Positions 1-13,032 are shown, counted from the first letter of the whole stretch. The stretch: DNA of 63,999 nucleotides, filler included, from Circinaria calcarea (GCA_051942165.1; 6 parts of 6 records of this genome joined end to end with filler, not necessarily neighbours in it); one strand, 5' to 3'. Program-made: numbers and translations. Notes: a model not told the origin generated them from the letters alone.

Positions 1-1213
1 TGGGAGGAGGGAGGGAAGAAGGGGGGGATGGACAATAGAAATCGGCCCTGATTTATTTATTTATTTTCGAACTGCTTTGATTCCCCTAGAGTGGAGAATG
101 GGTTTGAACGTGCGATGGTGGGGTATAGTGGATGCTAGTTCTTTGCAGATACTGGGGACGTGGTTTTGCTTTTCTGGGTCGTGTCCCGTTTTTACACGTT
201 CAGAATCGAATTGTTTTTTTTTTCTTTTTTTCTTCTTTTTACTGCGGGCCGATTATTACTTAGGAAGGTTTTTCCCGTGGAAAGGGGATTTTAAACCTTT
301 GGTTTTGAATAAGAGATACTATGTAGTTTTGACATTTATAGCGGTGATTTCCAATTTTTACGGTTTGAATTGCCCCGCTTTTTTGCAGTAATATTGGCGT
401 TCAAGACTGCGCTGTGCTGGGGAAAAGCCGATGGGAAAATTTCCCAAAGGCGTGATGTTCAAAGTGTCCGAGATATCAAATCCAAAGGGTAGATTAGGTG
501 TTTATTATTCTCCATTTTAGATCATTTAGGTGTAGGGGTGATAGGATATGCTAGACTTGTATAGGGGATAGAGTCACTCCGGTGTGCACGATTACTAGGA
601 ACGTAATATTGGTCTATTGCTGTTCCAGGTATGGCTATAAGCATGCTATTCTAATGAACAAGGAACTGCCTGCTTATGTACTGCGCGGAGCACCCGCGTG
701 CCTGAGCACTCCTCTGCTCACTCTGCTCCACTACTGTTCTTAAGCGAACACACTAGTCTGGTTCTAGCATAAGGCTTTCAGTACGGCGGGGCGCCATAAC
801 ATTGGGTTACTAAAATTACCCCTATTCCACACCCGGTTGAATTCCCTCCCGTTCACCCTTCTCAGGAACTACTCCTGCATCCAGCGTCCTCACGTCAATC
901 CCTGGAGCTTCCATACCATCTACCGCGCAGCGACATCAAACCCAAGTCTACTCAGCTCTCACAACCTCTGGAAAAGAAAATCCCAACTAATCAGGCCTTT
1001 TCTCCCCGATCCGACATCACATCTGTAAATTATCAAGAATGAAATAATACCATGTTGGAATAATCATGATGAATACATATGAAAAGAATTGTTCAGATAG
1101 ATGCTTGAAAAACAACCGCATCAGGAAACTCTCTACCACAATTATGATAACTTGATATCGAGTGGCGTTGCATTCCTGAGCTGCTGGGCTGCCGAATGTA
1201 CTTTTTACCAGAC

Positions 1214-2070
1214 TTACAGTGTCGTCTTGTCCTTCTTGGTTGCCAAAGCTATCCAAGCGACCATCTGGAACCCGATCATTCCATCGCGTTCAATAACAAG
1301 ATCCTTCCCCTGTTCTTCCAGCACCTGCACTGTCGTATCCAGAACTTGCTCTTTCTCCCCCTCCGTCCACTGGTCCCCCACCATGTTCACAAAGTTATCC
1401 GTGAGCCCCTTCGCCGCCTCCTCGATCCCATTATTCCACCACATGACCTCTTTCTCGTACACTTCCACCTCTTCGAAGCCGCCCTCCCTAAGCGTCATCT
1501 CCATCGTCTCCTTGTGTGTCCATTCCTCTAATTTCGGAAATGTGATTGGCATCGATCTCGGCTTCACAATCGCCTGGACCGCATGCAGGATTGGCAGAAA
1601 CGACACCTTCTTCCAGCACGTCACCGTCGCCTTTCCGCCGGGCTTCAATGTACGGTAGATTTCTCGCGCACCCTCAACTGGATCGGGGAAGAAGAATATG
1701 CCGAAGTTGGTGATCGAGGCGTCAAATGTCCCGTCCGCGTAGCCGAGACTCATCCCATCCATTACTGCCGTCTCGACTCTGTCCTTCCAACTGTGGATGC
1801 AACAACAGTATCCACGAGGGATACCATACCTGGCGCCACATCGGCAGCGTGGATGTGGGCATTCGGATAGGCCTTGAGAAGTTCCACAGTACCGAAGCCA
1901 GGACCACAGGCGTTATCGAGGAGAGCTGGATTGTTCGGTAAGCCATCTAGCAAAGAAACTATATTGGTAATGATACGGCGAGTGCTGCCCCCTGCGCGGC
2001 GCTCGTAAGTGGACGCCTGGGAGTTGAAGGAATCACAAAGTGCGGAGACATCGGATTCCAAGTTAGCCAT
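1214..2070 (-). CDS. Class I SAM-dependent methyltransferase (Methyltransf_11/25, UbiE-like), split by a 1-nt frameshift near 1795
   Basis: N-half has motif I (LLDNACGPGFGT) and the acidic motif (HAADVAPGMV). C-half has DGTFDASITNFGIFFFPDP...EIYRTLKPGG. The bridging peptide HSWKDRVETAVMDG lies in the downstream frame, and adding one C to TCC-CAC joins the halves. ATG at 2070. Confidence 0.85.
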
Positions 2071-2540
2071 GAGCAATCAAAATAAAGTTAAATCTGTAAC
2101 TGCCGTGGAAAGGATTTCAATCGAGGTATTATAAAGGGAAATTTAAGTGTCTTTGTGTCGGGAGATTGATCTGTTGGGTTTTACAGCATCCTCGCTCGGA
2201 TTACCACAACAGCAGGTTCAAGTGTATAGGGACAACGTCTGCGGCCAAATTGTTGGAGGTTGATTGCAGTAGAGCATAGAAGCCCGTCAGCCGCATATTG
2301 GAGGGACGATATCTTATTACCATTCACCTTCCTTTGCATATCCTTTGCGGGTTGCACGAGGAAGAAGCAATGAAGTCTGACAAACCCATAACCCACGGAC
2401 TATGGTACGGATAGCGATTAACTAATCATGACAGCAACGGCATTGCGGAAATAAGGAGTAATGAATCTCAGCCTAGAAAACATCTCACGATTTATGTCAA
2501 ACCCATCATTGACATTATTCTTTGTCTCCTATCGCATATA

Positions 2541-3966
2541 CTATATCTCTACTTTCAATTTTAAGCTGACTTTCAAGATTCGTGCTGCCAATGAGCAAAG
2601 ACCCGATATCGCAAGCAACAATTCGGCCCAAGCAATGAGACCTAGCTACCTTGACTCCCGAAGAAGTGCGCCACTGATCGGGCTACCAATCAGAAAATCA
2701 ACCCTGAAGCCCCCAACGCCATTCCCATACGGCTTCCCATTGTTTGCAGGTCGCTCGTCAAACTCATCACGCTTGAGGAAGACATCGAAGCAAAGTATCC
2801 GCAGAAGAAGCCATAAACTAAAGACCATATAATCAAACCCGTGATATTCTTCACCGCGATCCAACCGAAGCACCACATAGCGGCAATGAAAGTAAACGGG
2901 ATCTGCATGTTCAGCGGACCGGTCCTGTCAGCCTAGAAATTGGGCAGAACTCGGCCCACGGTCAAAGCAGCGTTGATAATGACGAGTAGGTAGAAGCCGA
3001 AGCTCTTGTCCATATTGCATACCTGAAGGGTGTAGAGTTGGACGTAGTAGAAAGGGACGTAGACGCCCGTGAAACAGAAGAACACCCCTATCTTAAAGAC
3101 AAGGAACGGTATAGCTGTGAACGAGGCAGCGTTGAATAATTGCTGGCGAGGCAGATGGTCGAACCCTTTGCTTTATGCCAGCAAGCGGGACGACGAATAC
3201 GGCAGGCGGGACGAACCCTACTACTGTGGTCTAGGCAAAGCCAATGAATGGCTGTAGACAACTGAAGATAATCGGGTATACAATACCCCCTATATTCTCC
3301 TATTCTCCATCAGCAATTTAACCCGATGTGAATTACGTCGATACAGAGATGGACAATCGATACTGCTGCCTGTGGAGGTAATGCTATATGCAAAGACCTT
3401 TTTGGTGGTGAAGTACTGTAAGATGATAGAAACGGCAGCAATAGCCAGGCAGCCGGTGCCCATTCCCACCCGGACCCCTTGAGATAGAAGGACCTGCCAG
3501 TTCATTATGGAGATACTAATCAACATTATCCCCAGAACACTCAGAATCACCCCAGTCCGTATCAGAGACTGTAGGTAGCCAGCATCGAAAATAGGTCCGG
3601 CTGCCGCACCGAAAATGTACAGGAGGAAAGCTTGGATAGAACAGATCCAAGAGATAGTGGACTCGGATTCAGAGCTCAAGTAGTCGGTCTGGTAGCAGGT
3701 CTAGTAGATAGCACATATGTTTATTACTCTCCTAGTACATTTCAACGAGGCTAGATATTTCAAAAGACGTTCTACTTGTGGGATGACGACCTACCAAGTG
3801 TTCGAGAAGATACAGAAAGCCTCCGCAACGTGGATCCAAGCGACAAAGCCACCTTTCAGGATCTCACTCGGAGTCGGCGTGGATTCCTCATGCGCGAGAC
3901 GACGGGGGACTCGCTGGATACTCTCTCCGTGTCGAGATGCTCCTCGCGTATCTGCTCAGAAGCCAT
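2541..3966 (-). pseudogene. MFS monocarboxylate-porter family transporter (MCH-like), disrupted
   Basis: Fragments include GGFVAWIHVAEAFCIFSNTW, ISWICSIQAFLL...GPIFDAGY, QYFTTKK...STGSSI, GVYVPFYYVQLY and MGSRMGMALG. In-frame TAG at 3701-3703 (AIY*TCYQ) and near 2933 (VLPNF*ADR), plus frameshifts near 3890 and in the last exon. Confidence 0.8.
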
Positions 3967-4934
3967 GTCTTCCTGCGTCGTGATGCGAGGCCTCCAACAT
4001 ATGGAAACAAAACAACACAGTGGAATCCACAACCGAGGGATCTGAACAGGAGCACAAGTGCCCACTCACTCACTCTCGCGGAACCAGGCCATAGCCTGAG
4101 GCCACAGCGCCTAGTAAAGGTGTGGACTCTGTACCACTCTCGCGGAAGGATAACATATGTACAGTGTACGAAACATTTCATCCACCCAGCAGCTGGAGGT
4201 GGCTTGAGGAATGGCTTGCACCCTTCAAAACTGGTCGCAACTGCTCTCTAGCTTTTGGCCATCCACGTATTCTCTAGACTACCAGTTTCTTGGATTTATA
4301 CTAGATCGTTTGGCAATCCGCTTGGTCTAGTTGGCGCGAATGTAGTTGACTGGAGCGGGCGGCAAGCACCCGGGGGCTGGGTTTCATGCCTACCTGATTA
4401 GGCGGAGAGGGAGGTTGCCTACATATAGGCAGCTTGCGCGAGTAATCCAGGCTGTTGGTTGTGTAGGTTGAGTACGCCACGCTTTATATAGGAGACAATC
4501 TTGCGCTGTATCTCGATACTACGTAAACTGCAGGCGCATATAACGTGAGGAATACTACTGTGAGATATTTAATATAAAACGATATGAAAGCTAGAACAAA
4601 CCTTTTACAATAATGTTTCTCCAGCACTATTTGTACGACTCTTCGGCTTTTTCTGGGCCAGTGCACCTTCAATCCTTTAACCCCTTCACTTCGCTTCAGA
4701 GCAAGGGTCGGGTTTCATTACAGCTCTCACCGCTGCAACAATGTGGTGCGGGGCGTCCTGGGGTCTCAGGCTTACTTCCAGACACTTGGATGATCTTGTG
4801 CGAGTTTGTTGATTAGCTTTTATTTACTTTTGCTCCGTTGCTGTGTTTGGTTTCGTGAATTATATTGGACTTCCCAGACACCTTTGCTGCATGGTGTCAT
4901 CTTTTGCCGTCCATCTGTCAAGAATTTACTCGAC

Positions 4935-5444
4935 ATGTTGGGATTTGCGGCCGAGGTCGTCTCCGTCTCCGTCTACTGGGTTCATCAACCTCGTTCGAGC
5001 AAACCTATACGAAATTCAATGCAAAGTCTACCGCAGTGTTGCGATGATACCGAGTTTGGCTATATTTGTATGTGAGGCGAGTCCGGGTCTTTGGTTACGT
5101 TTTCCTAACGATCGTATCTAGTTTGTCCGAATAATTTCCCCGGAGCTTCGAAGCCTCCCGAAGTCAACGACAGCGTGGTCCTCTACTTCCGCGAGAGCGA
5201 CACGAAGTCTGTCACCGCTATCGCCCTGATGCAGAACGAGAAATTCCTGGGCTGGGTTTGTCGCGAAGACAGGCAGCGTGTTGCATCGCTAGTAGAGCGG
5301 GTGAGCGAAACGGGATATCGTTTAGAAGCAACAATCACGACCGTGAGACCTTTTGATTGGGCCGAGGGCGGAGGTGCGTGCCGTGGTGGCTCCTTTACCA
5401 TCGGTCTCTACCGTGATGGCGATGGTGATGTACTCATGTCATAG
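4935..5444 (+). CDS. Small two-exon protein with a HIRAN-like domain (start 4935 or 5019)
   Basis: Intron 5068-5121 (GTATGT...CTAAC...TAG) joins ORFs 4806..5075 and 5175..5444 in frame, giving GYIFCPNNFPGASKPPEVNDSVVLYFRESDTKSVTAIALMQNEKFLGWVCREDRQRVASLVERV...LEATIT. This resembles the HIRAN pattern L-x-RE...D-x-x-AI...LG[YW]V. Confidence 0.55.
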
Positions 5445-6579
5445 TTTATCCCCACTTCCGGAAGGAGGCTATAGTCGACACTCGAACAATACGGCACATA
5501 TACACAAAAAAGAAAGTTCTGAAGTCAGAGGGTCTCGTTCATCATGTTCGTGCTCGGGTTCCCCTTGGCAAATAGTGTGATGAGGGAAAGATATACAACG
5601 TAATGACCCAGCCACTCTCGCCATGAATTTTAAAAAGGCGGAAACGCCGTCGACACCTTTGCTTTACAAAGCTCTAGTTCACACCCCTTAAATATAATAA
5701 TTATATTTTGAGAACTGCCCTCTCCGCCTAGTCCGATGATAATAAATACGCTGGGACGGATCATTCAATCTTTCTCTCTCATCCATGAATGTTTTTCGTT
5801 CCGCATCCCAGGAAGCCTTGATTTCCATCTGGCAATTTTGTTCTGGCGTAAGAAAAAGGCCGTAGTCGCAAGGTCTACTACGGTGCGACTCGGCTGGGTT
5901 AGTCCCCTTTTAAACCACCAGGGCCAAGCTACTATTTCCCTTTTGAAATACAGTGTGTGAGACTTTTCTCCATGGAGGCTTTCGTGTTTTCGAGATAACA
6001 CAAGCTGGCTGTTACACAAACGTGAATTCTTAAGCTGGTATCCTAGTTCTTTGGATAGTCTGCAAGGGATCAAGTTATCGTAGGTGTTGTTGGTGTCAAT
6101 ACATAACCGTGGACATCCGGGGCATCATGACTTGGGGGGGTGGGGGGTGGCAAGATACATATGCCGGAGAAGTTTGTGGAGAACTGTAAATATTACTAAA
6201 CCATCCCTTTGAGCAAGTCCTGCATTCATTTCAGCAACGGAGGTACTGGTTGGAATTTTTCGTATGTAGGAAAGATCATACAAATAAATTTTATGGAAGC
6301 TGACATAAATAGGGGAATGCCATGAAGTTGGGAGAGCGTGCAAGATATATCGTGAAGTTGAAAACCATGACGCTGCAGTCAATGTTTTGACCCCGTTACA
6401 AAATGTAATTGTGAATCCTGTTGGTCAGCAAAGAACATGAGGTGGGGCAAATCAATCGAGAAGGCGGGACGAAAAGCTTTCACAAATTGTCCTCCATTAC
6501 CACCGTCAGATCATAGTCGTCCACAGCAAACACCTCAATACGATATTACCTCCACTACCAACTGACAGTTGCGTACAAC

Positions 6580-7140
6580 ATGCCGTCCGACGTGCATAAC
6601 AAAGGCATCTTCAACACCGCACGGCTCCAACTACCTTACTATGACTTCGAGGACAAATTCTCCATCATGGCACTTCAAAGCACCGCCTTCCAAGTCATGA
6701 AGTGGGTAAGGAACGGGGAAGTCACAGAGTGTGATCTCCAAGCTTTCATCGCCTTGATGAACACGGCGGTCACATTTCAACTGTGCAAGGAAATGGTGCC
6801 AGAGTTCAGACGTGACAGGTTCAAGTGCACGTGGACATTATGACGCTATGCAGCTGGCTGATCGGAGCCACACACTTGCAGGAGTTATGACCCAGGCGGA
6901 AACAGCCAACTGGCCAAGGTCCTACGGGCGCTCAAGCACCGTCGACCCGACCCTCCACGCCTAGTCCGCATACCCACCTCGAAAGATGTACACCTTCGTG
7001 AGCGGCAGATGGAATACCTGAAAGCTGGTGGACAGTTTAGGATGAGGCCGGACGCAGAAGAAAGAAAGCGAAACAGCCGGAATTGCGGCGGTGACTTCGT
7101 GGTTTCAATAGGTAAAGAACAGCACTCTTGGCTAATTTAG
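6580..7140 (+). CDS. Hypothetical ~186-aa protein, interrupted (two in-frame TGA or two compensating 1-nt indels)
   Basis: ATG 6580 in a CAACATG context. The same frame is open from 6862 to TAG 7138-7140. The segment at ~6819-6885 reads VQVHVDIMTLCSWLIGATHLQE in the neighbouring frame. Confidence 0.4.
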
Positions 7141-7485
7141 CAAGGGTTGACTGACTTGTACTGAGCTTGGAGTTTGAGCACTTTAAGGTTGTTTTCTAAT
7201 CCCTAGAGCAAACTGGTCGTTGGAACTTCCTAGTAGGTAGAAAAAGATGAACAGACCACGAGCACAAAGAGGCAACTGGGCAGGATAGAAGTGCATTTGA
7301 TAGATGGCCCTCATCCGGGAATAATTAACATCCATTGAAGATTCATTCTATATCACACATACTGCAATGCTTTCAGTGATGCTGGAGAACTTGTAATACA
7401 TTCGGAGAAAGTAGACATCAAGAGTAGAATGGTACTGCACGAGGGAGTTCCTCACTGTTCCACTAGAAGAAATAACTACAGGTCG

Positions 7486-8678
7486 CTACGCATCCACAAA
7501 CGATTTGACGTCTGCGCCGATATGTCAGGATTGAGTTTTTAGGGATTATTCATCCAACTTACTTGCTAACCAGTCTAGGTATTCCCTTTGCTCCTTGAAA
7601 TCAATATATTCCGGCACCCAAAGAGCTAGCGCGGTGTTGATTCCCCTTTCCTCGAGATATCTTTCTAATAAGACTTGAAGATCCTGAACATCCTTGTCAG
7701 CGGTTTTTAAAGTGGTGACTACAAGAAGGTCCATACCTGATCGAGGTTGCCGAACTGAGGCCCAGTGTACATGCTCCTTCTTGCCCAATCACCATCAGCC
7801 GACTGTGGGTCGGCAAGCGAAGCCGTAGGGTAGTAGTAGACATTCTCTATGATGATCACTCCGTCCTGCGCAACTGTTTCCACTTGAAGTGCCCCATTTG
7901 TGCCCGGCTTCTCAATCGTAACGTTCACGCGAGCAGGAAAGCTGGGCTCCTGGTCTTCTTCCTCTGGTGACTCGCTGTCTGCAAGTTCGGGTCGGTCCGC
8001 GGGGGCTATAGAGTCCTCCGGTGCGATATTGAAATTGCCGTCTTTGGTTCTACCTTGGTTGATGGTATGTTTCGATTGTGCGCCGCCTGATTGGGTATCT
8101 GTGGGCATGTCTGATCCATCTTCATCATAAAGAGCCTTGTCTTCCGAGTAGCGGTCTGCATCTTCATCGAGGGCATTGAGGTCAGCAATGTTGAAGGTGA
8201 TCCGGATCCTATCAAGACCTGTTTAGATTGTGTCCTTGTTTCGAACCTGGCGGAAGCTCACTTTTCATCACCGAAAGATCGGGTGAGAACTACTTCCTCT
8301 TGACCAGGAGTATCATGAAGTTCAAAAGGACTGTTATCCAAGAAGTCTTTTACATTCGCCGGCAGTTCATCCGTATCTCTCATCTCCTTTTCCAGCTGAA
8401 GCTCGGATTCGAACTTGGCTGAGAGCTCTTGGTCCACTGAGTATCTCGTAAGCCTTGAATAAAATGCAAGTAATCTCCAAATCTTTACCTTCTCCCTCCT
8501 TCTCTCGCACTGGGAGTGACGTTGAAAAGGGTGCGCAATTCGGTCTTGTAGCTATCCGCCATGGTTGTTGTGAGAGGAAAGACTGGCACACTTTCGGGAT
8601 TGGTTGCCGTGCAGACTGCGAAACCAGACGGGAGACATTTCGAGGGAGCGTACGACTGAGGCTACGAAGTGACAACAT
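7486..8678 (-). CDS. MAM33: Mitochondrial acidic matrix protein Mam33 (p32/C1QBP family), multi-exon
   Basis: Arg/Ser-rich presequence MLSLRSLSRTLPRNVSRL, then EPSFPARVNVTIEKP, YTGPQFGNLD and LQVLLERYLEERGINTALALWVPEYIDFKEQREYLDWL. Last exon VKSFVDA* with TAG at 7486-7488. Confidence 0.93.
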
Positions 8679-9495
8679 ATTAACTGTGCAGCGCGATTCA
8701 ATGTTCTTGATATTACGATTTTCACTCTGGAGCTTTGAATAATTGTTTCCCAAGCAATTTCGACGCTAACGATGATATTATAGCTTCGCGAATTTTTCTT
8801 CTACTTCGGGTTAAAGCGCCAAGACCGCCATTTGAGTCGGTTCGAACTGGAGGTACTGGTCTGCAGGGGTCTTCAATCGCTCCTAGTATAATTGATACAA
8901 ATTACATAAATTTAGGCTAAATACGGTAGTGATGATAGCCTGCTGCTTAGAAGTTACTTAGATTCTGCTTATGAATTCAAAGCGTGGTTTGGGCCTGCCC
9001 AGCTGTTTTAAAAGAAATCGCGCTAACAATTAATACGCCTGCAGTCCAGCACTGGTACTGGCAGGCCTATTCAAAGCGGTAGTAAATAGGTGTTACGTCT
9101 AATCATTACCACCACAGATTGAAAAAGGGCATCGTTAATCACGTTCTCTTCATTGAGTACCGAAAGCCCTAGCGTACAATGCGAGACCCAATGCAAGTAT
9201 TTGGTGGTTGGATGATCCCGGATATTTCGAAAGCGGAGGTATCCGACAATTGTTCTGAAACTGTCCAGTACCCCTTCACAAGGTACTCGTAGTTTGTATA
9301 CAGCGTGTCTTGTTTGGCATTGCACCTTGACTAGCCCTCAAACCGTTTTCTCTCGCCGTGGTAACCCTGAGCGCAACAATTCAAGACGTAAATCCACTCG
9401 GGGAAAAGTACGTATTGTGGTGCCTTGTGTTGCTTCATGGGACTCGTCTAACTCCTCAGTCGAATTATCAAAAGACCTATACATGTCCATATAAC

Positions 9496-10138
9496 TCATG
9501 ATTTCCCCTTTGGTGGGAAACTCGAGCTGTGCTTGACCCCGTCCTTCGAAAGCCGCACATATTTCAGTGTATTCAACGAAGTCCATTCCCCATTCCAGTC
9601 ACGCAGCAGCTCCACGTTATGTGCGTCTGTCATATCTGGTATCCAGAAACCCGCCTCATACTCCCGCTCCTCGATGGCCATCCGTTGTTTCAGGAGATCT
9701 TCCCTATTACTTGAGGGTCGACCGGGTCTTCGCTCATCATTGAGCTGGGCAAGCTCCTCTTCATCTCGCTGAACATAACTGATGACTTTTAGTATTGGCA
9801 AAAGCGTAGAGCTAAAAATGTTTCGAAGACCTTTGTATGAGTCTCTGGGTCTGATCATCGTCTATTGGGCCTTTGACGGCTTTTGCGGCTCCTTGGAAGT
9901 AGGCTACCCTTTGCACTTAACAGGTCAGCAGACGAACCTAGCCATTGCAGAAACCCAAGGATGACTTGCTGTGCGGCTGGTTGGCTTTGATCCTCGCTGC
10001 TGCTACTTTAGAGAGCTTGTCATCTCGGGCAGAAGCACGTCGTAGTCTTTGAGAGTCCCTGCTATTCTCATGTAGACTTGTCAGGCTGCCCTTCTTCTTG
10101 GAGATCTTCTTGTGCACTTTAGCTAAGCTCTTCGGCAT
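9496..10138 (-). CDS. TMA16: Translation machinery-associated protein 16 (pre-60S factor), multi-exon
   Basis: MPKSLAKVHKKISKKKG..LHENSRDSQRLRRASARDDKL and RDEEELAQLNDERRPGRP..REDLL..E..EYEAGFWIPDMTD..NVELLRDWNGEW are typical Tma16 motifs. Confidence 0.9.
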
Positions 10139-10844
10139 CTTGAGACACAGTATGTCACGCCGCGGTGAATTGTGTCAAGAATACTCGTAATTGGCTCTAT
10201 GCAATAAATTCTAACGTTGATACGGAGTAGTGAAATTAATTTCTTCGTACCGATGTTCCCCCCGTGCCAAGGGAAAGCTGACAGGGTATTCCCACTAGTG
10301 ACTTTTTGTTCGCGTTGCAGGGACGCGCTACGAACTATGTATTGTACTTCCCACTATCAATCAGTGTTGAACCGACGAGGAGCCCTCACCTTCAATATTG
10401 TTCCGCTTATATAACAATTGCTGTTGGTACCCAGGTTGATTAACATGTCTGGCGTGCAGTCTGTTCTCTCGTCAGATTCTCTCCTCGTTACTGTGTACGG
10501 TCTATTTCTGTGTCCCGGCCAAAGTAAACAATCCCCATGACAGGCACGGCTTGATGCATATAGCTGTGGCTACGTCTCGAAATGGGTATCTCCGGTAAGT
10601 TTGATCTCTGAGCTTTCTGGAAAATACTGAACAATCCCAAGGCTTGCTTCCCTTGCTCAAATCCATTCATAAGCCATGCAATCTAAAGAGTCTCGCTGGT
10701 CAGACAATTGGAGTCGATGCATATGGCTGGCTACACAGGGGCACAGTCGCTTGTGCGATTGATCTCGCCTTGGATAAGCCAACCACCAAGTAATTTGAAT
10801 ATAACAGTGGTGCACTCCTTGGCAAAGCTTATGTTTATAGATTT

Positions 10845-10944
10845 NNNNNNNNNNNNNNNNNNNNNNNNNNNNNNNNNNNNNNNNNNNNTTAATTAATTAA
10901 NNNNNNNNNNNNNNNNNNNNNNNNNNNNNNNNNNNNNNNNNNNN
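10845..10944. other. Artificial contig linker (44 N + TTAATTAATTAA + 44 N)
   Basis: Seen directly. The 12-mer puts a stop codon in all six frames. Confidence 0.99.
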
Positions 10945-11151
10945 CCCACCCCCCCCGCGACTTCTTCTTCTTCTTCTTCTACTTCTATAGTAATATCAGG
11001 GACCTAGTTCGCCCTGACGCTTGCATGTTGGGAATCACTTGTAGAGGTATAAAAACGGCCGAAAAACAGTACGATCGGATTTAAATAAAACCATGAATTG
11101 GTTTTCAGGTTCAAGGTTCATGTTGCCAAAAATCCCAAGAACCATCCCGAT

Positions 11152-13032
11152 CTACTCGTCGCTATCCGACTCTAACGGGTCGTCTTCAAGTCTGCGAGTG
11201 ATTAGCAAATTATCCAAGGGGGGCGGGGCAAGGGATACTCTTGGTATCATTCATTTACCTCTTTCTCCGCTCTTCATTCATCTCTTTATATGTACTCCAG
11301 CTCAAAAGCAAAAAGGCCGCGATGATGAGAAGGCCACCTCCCAGCGCAGCTGGAGATAAGGCTTTACCGTTGGGAAGAGCCCAATCGACAATGGCGACGA
11401 GAAAGATTGTAAGTCTGGTCTTCCGTCAGTCACGGCAAGCCCCAAGGAAAGTTCGTGGGGAACGCGTACAAAGCTGCCACAGAGGATAGTACAGGCGATG
11501 TAAGTGAGATCAGGACCAAGAAACATCCCGAGAAAGCTAAGGCACATCGGTAAGCCTTTGTTGACGTACAACCTCCACAGGGAGGCATAACCTACTAGCG
11601 TTGGCTAGAACGGAAATCAGCAGCATCCAGGCCGCCTCACCGCGTGGCAACTCAAATACCTCCCACTTCATAATGTGCAGTATCGGCAGAGGAATCCAGA
11701 GCACGAAGAGAGTAAAACAACCGATGAGGCTCCCGAATGTCATTGCAAATGTCATGCCACGTCCAGGGCTTGTGCCTTCCGGTGGGCAGGCTAGCTTCTT
11801 GTACAGTACCTCGTATAAACCGTATAGAATACTCCCTATCCCTATGATGATATTTCCTGCCGTTTTATTCCGCACTACTTTACCATCAGGGTATGGGTCT
11901 CCTCCCACCGATCCACCAGATTTACCTCCGTGTTTGGTAGGAGCGCTGTCTCCGTAGGCAACGATAAGCACACCAGCGATAGCTACTACAACGGAGAAGA
12001 CCTTGTCGAAACGTATCTTGTCTCGTAGTAGAGGGATACTAAAAGCATAGGCAAAAAAGGCAGAGCAGTTGTAAATGGCGGTAAGGTCGCTGGCCGAGGT
12101 GAGGTCAACGGCCACGTACCACGACCCGCCAGCAATAGTCAATGCCATCGTTGTGATAGCCGTTGTACGCAGGATGTAGGGAACTGGTGATTTGTGCGAT
12201 TCTCGGCTCTTTAGGTGTAGATCTTGGGACTCGACCATCTGGGCAGTCGTCCTGAGAATATACACGTGCCGCCGCCAAAAGGCTTTCCAGGGCGTCTTAC
12301 GTTTCTGTATCCGAAGAATAAGTAGCTGAAACGGCCAGAGAAGCGACCAGGATCCATGTGTCAAATACCTATTGCGGAAAATACGTCAATTAGAGCCCCC
12401 ACACGACATTGAGCCACATCTTACAGCATGCAGTACGCCTTGTTCCATTTCAGCGTATGCTGGATATACACCGCCGTCTCCGTCTGAATGACGAAGCTGA
12501 CAAGACTCAATAGCAAGAAAAATGCCGCATATGTATACTTCCTTCGGGTTGCTGTCTTTGCATCAAAGTCGGGACTCCTACTTCGAAACGTGGATCGGCG
12601 GGCCGCGAAGGCTGGTCGGGCACTGCCATTCGGGGAGTCGTAAGATGGTCTCCCTCGCTCATCTTTCAGCAGAGCCACTTGTGACCGGCCATCGGTAGGC
12701 CGATGTAAAGTGGGTCTGTCTGGCATGTCCTCTTCGCCTTCATCCGAGTCCAGAGTGCTATCCAAGTCTGGTTTTGTACCCTCACCAAACACCGCGAACT
12801 GACTAGCTTCACTCGGGGGTTCTCGGTTCTTGGCTCTGCTCGAACCTTGAGGTTCTACTCCAGGAGAGCTCGGGTGGAGTGGTGATGATCGCGGTGAGGG
12901 TATGTCCGTGAACGGAATATGGAGTGGTGAGGAGTCTTCCGAGGGTGGGGTATAGATTGTTGGGGTTGGCGTGCTTGAAGGGAGGCTGACTTCAGGTACG
13001 CTGAGTGAAGCCTGGAGAATATCTTGGGTCAT
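11152..13032 (-). CDS. EamA/DMT-family membrane transporter (SLC35F/THI74-like), multi-exon
   Basis: LSLVSFVIQTETAVYIQH, YVAVDLTSASDLTAIYNCSAFFAYAFSIPLL, GSILYGLYEVLYKK, ISLTSPVLSSVAAL.TIFLVAIVDW. Acidic tail ending ESDSDE* (TAG 11152-11154). Long Pro/Ser-rich N-terminus, so the start is uncertain. Confidence 0.85.

Noticed and set aside
531..780. TG...CA-bounded 250-bp segment as a possible solo LTR
   Set aside because: Flanks (TTAGG / GTACG) are not a target-site duplication, the termini are not good inverted repeats, and there is no second copy in the window.
10889..10900. TTAATTAATTAA recurring every ~10.9 kb as a biological periodic element
   Set aside because: It is always embedded in exactly 44+44 N, so it is an assembly linker.
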